Position numbers and translations under genes: made by a program. From Chrysomallon squamiferum (lineage: Eukaryota > Animalia > Mollusca), in contig CM022665.1 of the NCBI GenBank assembly GCA_012295275.1, forward strand, positions 4,402,001-4,466,000: DNA of 64,000 nucleotides. The letters are read 5' to 3'. Shown piece after piece: positions 58,551 to 64,000 of the stretch. Each line of letters begins with the position of its first letter. Positions within the stretch are counted from its first letter, which is position 1. A model generated the notes under the pieces. The model searched no databases and had not been told where the DNA came from. It was given only the letters and a program-made list of their open reading frames with translations.

Positions 58551-58928
58551 GTAAGATGCATTTTTGTTTTTCAATGTCTTGTTTGTATTTTCTATGTCTA
58601 TTAACTCATCTTTCACACTTTTTCCTTGTCAAATGTAAAATACACTGAGTACGTAATTATGCGACGCTGGCAAAGATAATAAAGACTAATAATGAGAAAC
58701 TTTATTTATGTTCCAAATATTCAAGGACCATGGAAAAATAATGTACATTATGAACTGACAGACAAGCGTTCTGACAGACAAAAAGTCCAATAAATTTCAA
58801 ACCATATATTGTTAAGGAGTATTTGTTTGAACATACGTCTTCAGTCGTTGATGTAGCATAAATATGGTTCTTAATGACTTTCATGACGAAGTAAAATAGG
58901 TAATATAAAAGTCACTTACATTCTGTAG

Positions 58929-60089
58929 ATGAGGTTTACCTTTCTGCTCGTGTTGGTGGTGGCTTTTGCCGTTGTGAACGAGTCAGAAGGCTGGAGATTC
59001 TGGAGACGAGTAAAGAGATTCATCCGACGCCTTAAATTCAGTGCCACCTATGACAGAGACAATGGTTTGAAAGGGGGCGTTATGTACCAAAAAAAAGGTA
59101 TTTAGCTTTGAGATATATTACAAATACAGACTCTATTGTGTGTAAAAAGTTTAATATTTTAGCATAATTAAAATCCTTATTGCTTTTAAAGAAACAGATG
59201 ATATTTTCATTTTAAATGAAAAGAAAAAAATTAAAGTAAATACTAATTACACTTTTTACCTTTCGATCCTTATGTACAACAGCATCACAGTTTCGATGGC
59301 ATTGCAGTTACGCGACAATACGTTCACGCATGTATACGAATTTGATCATAACTCTGTGCTGTCAGTAGTAAATCATAAATCATTTCTGCACTTGTTGGGT
59401 TATTAATTATTCCACCCAGGTGCCAACGTGCTAATCAAAAGATTTTACCCATTATCAATATTGTTTTTAATTCAATCTCTTGTTGAATGCGATTATTTCT
59501 AGCATGTTGCTCTATCTGCGGAATTAATTATCTAATTTTACTTGTGAAGTATTTTCTTTTTCGTGTACTGACAGATGTTTCATCTGGGAAGCCATAGTTT
59601 AAATGAGCTTATATCAATATTTACATCACCGTAAATAAATAACAAATAAAAATAAAAATAAAGAAAGAAACTGCAATAGCCGAAGTTTAGATATTATATA
59701 ATCAACTGGGTTATTTTTTATTACGTCAGCCATCTCAGAGATTGACAGCAACCACGACGGCGTCATTGATCAGACTGAATTGGAGAATATCATGAGCAAA
59801 CGAGATGTTGAGGATTTCCTGGACTTCGTTAACGAAAATGGTAAAACTATATTTTCCTACTTTTTTCTTCTTAAGTTGTATAATAGATATGCGTACATCC
59901 ATGCATGCATGTTCTTTTATACATACAAAATCTATAATTCACGACGACGACGTAATAATAATAACAACAATATTAAGACTACATTATTAATATTTTCTGT
60001 CACTAAATAAAACTTTTCTTTGTATTATATAAGGTGAATCGGACATCTCAGTAGAAGATTTTGAACGAATAGCGAGAGAACTGGCATAA
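58929..60089 (+). CDS. secreted 111-aa precursor: signal peptide + cationic amphipathic peptide + acidic EF-hand pair (putative antimicrobial peptide precursor)
   Basis: Coding exons 58929-59097, 59730-59840 and 60034-60089, with GT-AG introns both in phase 1. Translation: MRFTFLLVLVVAFAVVNESEG-WRFWRRVKRFIRRLKFSATYDRDNGLKGGVMYQKK-AISEIDSNHDGVIDQTELENIMSKRDVEDFLDFVNENGESDISVEDFERIARELA*. Canonical EF-hand loop DSNHDGVIDQTE and degenerate second loop NENGESDISVED. An in-frame alternative acceptor at 59738 would remove AIS. Confidence 0.85.
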
Positions 60090-60136
60090 ACGGAATTACT
60101 GAACATTGATGTATGTTGATTTTTAAATTGAAACAG

Positions 60137-60362
60137 AAATAGTAGTAGTACCACTACTACCAGTATTAGTATTAGTAGTAGTAGAAATAGTAGCAGTAAT
60201 ACCACTATTACCAGTATTAGTAATAGTAGAAATAGTAGTAGTAGTAGTAGCAATAGCAGTAATAGCAGCTATAACGGTGATAGTATTGGTAGCAAAAGTA
60301 CCGCTGACGATGGTAGTAGTAGTAGTAGTAGTAGCAGCAGCAGTAGCAGCAGCAGTAATAAT
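60137..60362. repeat. (AGT/AGC)n degenerate trinucleotide tract in the last intron of the peptide gene
   Basis: Directly visible in the sequence. Confidence 0.85.
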
Positions 60363-60517
60363 AGTTGTTATTGTTGCAGTTACAGTAGCAGAACGATAAT
60401 AACGTTTCTCCGTCGATTATTTTTTGAAAAGAAAAATGTCAGGTAGAGTGTTCAGTTGTCTAATTATTCTGCAAGTATCTTATTAATGTACTAAATCATT
60501 TTTATATTGTCTTTCAG

Positions 60518-60575
60518 GTGGACATTTTACATCTCGATGATAGTTTCAATAAAACTGCATGGCCATGATTTTGAT
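60518..60575 (+). terminator. terminal 3' UTR exon with polyA signal of the peptide-precursor gene
   Basis: Donor GAT|GTATGT after 60110, 21 nt past the stop codon. Acceptor TTGTCTTTCAG|G at 60517/60518, AATAAA at 60548-60553, then a T-rich tract. Confidence 0.6.
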
Positions 60576-61531
60576 TTTGTTATTTATTTCTCTAATTTAC
60601 ACCTTATTCATTCATTTATTTATATGTTTTTATTTATTTGTTTGTTTGTTAACATACTCGTTAAGGATTCGGAGACTACAATATATATTATGTAGGAATG
60701 AAACAAATAGGAACTAAGCAAATAGTTTAAATGAAGTTATGCTGGTAACACCTAAGAAATGATGGAAACTTTGAATGAAGAAGGCTTTAAGAGTGAATGA
60801 AAGACTGAATGAATAAACAACAGAATGAACGCTGGAAACAAGAAGCTATTTCTTTTACTCACTCCGATTGTATTCTTCTTCTTCTTCTTCTTCTTCTTCT
60901 TCTTCTTCTTCTTCTTCTTCTCTTATTATTATTATTATTATTATAACTTAGAAGGTATCATTTAGACCTGTCTTTAAACGAAAATGAAATCAGAAACCAA
61001 GCCCTTTAAAAATTTAAATAAAGAACAAAATTTGTTTATTTATTTATTTGTTTTTTATTTGTTTGCTTGTATGTTTATTTTCTAAGAGAGAGTATGCACA
61101 TCAAAGTGCATAGGAAATACTAAATTAAAGATGACTTTTTAAAACTCTTCAAGTTCAGAAGCTTTGAATGAATAGCAACAAATTGTACGTCTGAAAAACA
61201 CCACAAACAATAACAACAGAATCACACACATAACAGCCAACCAAATATGATGGGAAACAAATGAAAATGAAAAAGAAAATAAAAAATAAATAAATAAAAA
61301 GAATAAAATTAAACTGTATGAAATTAAAATACATTCTATATTTTATCTTAAAGATCAATAAAAAAAATATTTTAACAAAGAGGAAAGATAATTCTTCAAG
61401 TAGTAATCCCTATTTAATAAATTCATGTGCGAACTTCTAATCGTTCACTAATACGATGAATTATTTTAGGGTTCTTTGTACATTTTTAATTTGAATGCTG
61501 TCTTAATTAATTATTAGGAAAACGTTGTTAT

Positions 61532-62155
61532 TCACTTGTTCAGTGACTGCATAGCAATAACTTTGCTATATACATACTCAGCTATTGCTTTCCATCCTTA
61601 TGTGATTCCCTCTTGCATCTCAGCTTCAGTTGCATATACGGTATTAGCGTTCACTTCAATCATGTACGGAACGCCATCAGGGCATAAATAAACTCCACTG
61701 CCCCGTTCTCCAATCCTGTTCGTCGAAACAGGTCTTCGCATTTGGCAACAAGGTCGGGATCAAAATCCTTGATGAGTTTTAATCTGTCCTTTGCTTGGTC
61801 TGCCGGACACGAATTGGTATTAAACCCGTCGCATTTCAAAGTTCTGCTGGCATATATAAATTTTTGTCCGACAAGTTTCACTCGGTAAAGACCGTCATCG
61901 GCGGGGAGGTAACTCTGTATGAAGTGTAACCCTGTGAAAGAGTTAAGCGGTTCCTCGTTCGCTTCAAATTCTGAAAGACAGTTAAAGAGTCTGATATCGA
62001 AACCATATCCCCCTCTGTCTGGTTTTATTACAAAAGCACTGATTTTTCCGAAATATTTTGCAATGAGACGACTCGATGGTTTAGAAGTAAATATCGTTTT
62101 AGGAATAGTTATTCCGCTTTCGCGCGCACATAAGTACTGATAAGCCTTATTATTG
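61532..62155 (-). pseudogene. intronless ATP-grasp ligase (RimK/glutathione-synthetase-like superfamily), 5'-truncated, with one frameshift and one premature stop
   Basis: Minus-strand translation: NNKAYQYLCARESGITIPKTIF..AFVIKPDRGGYGFDIRLF..FIQSYLPADDGLYRVKLVGQKFIYA..DGFNTNSCPAD..ENGAVEFI, then a -1 frameshift near 61685, then PDGVPYMIEVNANTVYATEAEMQEGIT*GWKAIAEYV..NK*. The K..GI..P.T, VIKP..G..G, IQxY and IEVN motifs are the standard ATP-grasp signature. In-frame TAA at 61600-61598. Confidence 0.85.
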
Positions 62156-62229
62156 GAAGCAGTTCCAGTCTCCTTGTGTCGTGTCAGCTAACTGATAACA
62201 TTACTTATTAGAGAAAAAATACTTCGATC

Positions 62230-64000
62230 TGCATAATTTTTTAAGTTTGAAAAAATTATTAACAATTATTTTCTCTTTTTTTCCCCATTTGTACAAAAAT
62301 CTGAATCGACCTTTCAGAGTGAAGCATTAAAAAGCATTGATATCTGTATATTATCTTTAATGTTATCTTCAGAACTGAATTCTTTTCAAAACAAGAAGAA
62401 AAGAAAAGCAGAAACTGTTAACAGTTTATCTAAAGATTCTGAACGCCAGTTCAAGAGAATTCGAACATTTGTTTCGTCAAGCGACAGTGAAGATGATGGA
62501 AATAATTCAGAAAAGGTCACTGACACACAGTCCACTGATCTTGACAAAAATGCAAAAGAAGAACGACTAAATTTCCTACACGACGCTTTCCCAAATCATA
62601 AAGCAGAGGTGATAAGAAATTTTATTGACTATTTTATTTTAAAGAACTGTCAAAGAAGATTTTCTTAATTAAAAGATACTACATTTGTTAATTAATTAGA
62701 TGTTATTATTCATTATTTATTTATTAAATTAATTATCTTTTTTCTCAATATTATTGTGAACACACATATAAACTTAGAACTCTGCAAAAAAGTTAAGTTT
62801 ATTTAACAAGTTGGCCCCAACTCTCTTGTTAATTTTTTTTTTTTTTTTTATATTAGTTATTTTTCAAACATCAGTTCGCCAAAGTTGCTCTTTCTTTCAG
62901 AGTGCCACAATATGGCCAAAAAAAAAAAAAAACAAGACGAATTACGTATGGTACTGATTTGGATGCACTGAATTTGATCTCTGGCTGCAAGGAAGCAATC
63001 CAGTCTCGCAACTTGGTCATCAAGCTGATGAAACGTTGTGAGAGGATTGCCGAAGAGATGGAAACAGTTGTTTCAACAATCACCAACAACACGAAGTCAG
63101 TGAAAGGTTGCCACATTGACAAACAGCCGAGTCTTCTCAGTTCAGTATGACAAACATTTTTTTATTTGGTTTGTTTGTTTGGTTTCTTAAAATAAAATAG
63201 GTTGGTTCAGAAATCAGAAACACTCGAATCCTTTTCCAAACAGTTGAATTAGTGATATCTTTTAGATTTCTGTTGGTTTACCATACATATATCTTTATTT
63301 TGTGCACCAAATTATTAAAAATATTATATAAAAGCACTTCCAGAATAACTTTATAAGCAGTATATAAATATATAGATTGATTTCATCTTTAGATATGCAT
63401 CCTGTTCTTACACTATCTCTTAATGTTGCAAAAAATGAAAAATTATGAAATCTAAAGCGTTTTGATCCCATGCATATTAGATAAGGGATTCTATGGAAGG
63501 TGGATATTTTTTATTTATTATTGTTATTTTTTTATTACTTAGGTTATATTTGTTTATTTAATTGATGTTAATTAAATATTGAAAAAAAAAAAAAAAAAAC
63601 CCACAAAAAACGTACACTTACTGAAAATCAGTAAATATGTTATTTTCATAAGATACAATATATATAAGTACTATGAAAAGATGATTTAAACAAATAATAA
63701 TAATAGTTATTATATTATTCATAAGAAAACCTTTTTTGTAACTCATATTATTTAATAGTCATTCTTAAAAAAAGGCAAACTGATATTTTCCTGAAATTCA
63801 CGCCGGTAGCACCCTCGAGATATGTATAATTTTTTTTGAATAAAGTGAATTTAATAGTATATTATTTTAAGAGAAGTCTTATGTAAATAAAATTAATGCA
63901 AAAATTATTTTATTGAAGTCTTAAGAATTTTTATAATATATATAAGTAAGGTGATTTCATAAGAATTTGATCTGTATTATGTATAAAGTGAATTAAAAAA
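62230..64000 (+). pseudogene. partial, deleted genomic duplicate of SMARCAD1 (exon 4 with flanks, most of exon 8, part of intron 8), running off the window end
   Basis: 62373-62608 matches exon 4 (42702-42937) with 8 substitutions, no indels and both splice sites kept. 62970-63142 matches the 3' part of exon 8 (from 45148). 63848-64000 matches intron 8 at 45674-45821 almost exactly. Exons 5-7 are absent. Confidence 0.9.

Noticed and set aside
61919-62140. 73-aa plus-strand ORF
   Set aside because: It is the antisense shadow of the minus-strand ATP-grasp relic.
61532-62155. Bacterial contamination as the source of the ATP-grasp sequence
   Set aside because: It is pseudogenised, present twice with independent deletions, and contiguous with host exon copies and SSR-rich DNA.

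Overview
AT-rich, microsatellite-dense animal genomic DNA. A mollusc is the most likely source, but this is inferred from composition and a SINE-like relic. 1-33 kb has no recognisable protein-coding exons; it holds SSRs, minisatellites and scattered CpG-rich patches. At 33.6-34.5 kb there is a CpG-rich promoter-like region and a spliced minus-strand exon. 40504-54379 (+) is a complete 21-coding-exon SMARCAD1/Fun30 SNF2-family remodeller of 1019 aa by my splicing. About 58.5-60.6 kb (+) is a small 5-exon gene that the ORF track largely misses. It encodes a 111-aa secreted precursor made of a signal peptide, a Trp/Arg-rich amphipathic cationic peptide and an acidic two-EF-hand tail, and is a candidate new antimicrobial peptide. 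This gene lies between two inverted, decayed copies of an intronless bacterial-type ATP-grasp ligase (56885-57126 + and 61532-62155 -). A recent, deleted and scrambled partial duplicate of SMARCAD1 follows at 62230-64000. All calls come from manual reading and translation; no database searches were run.
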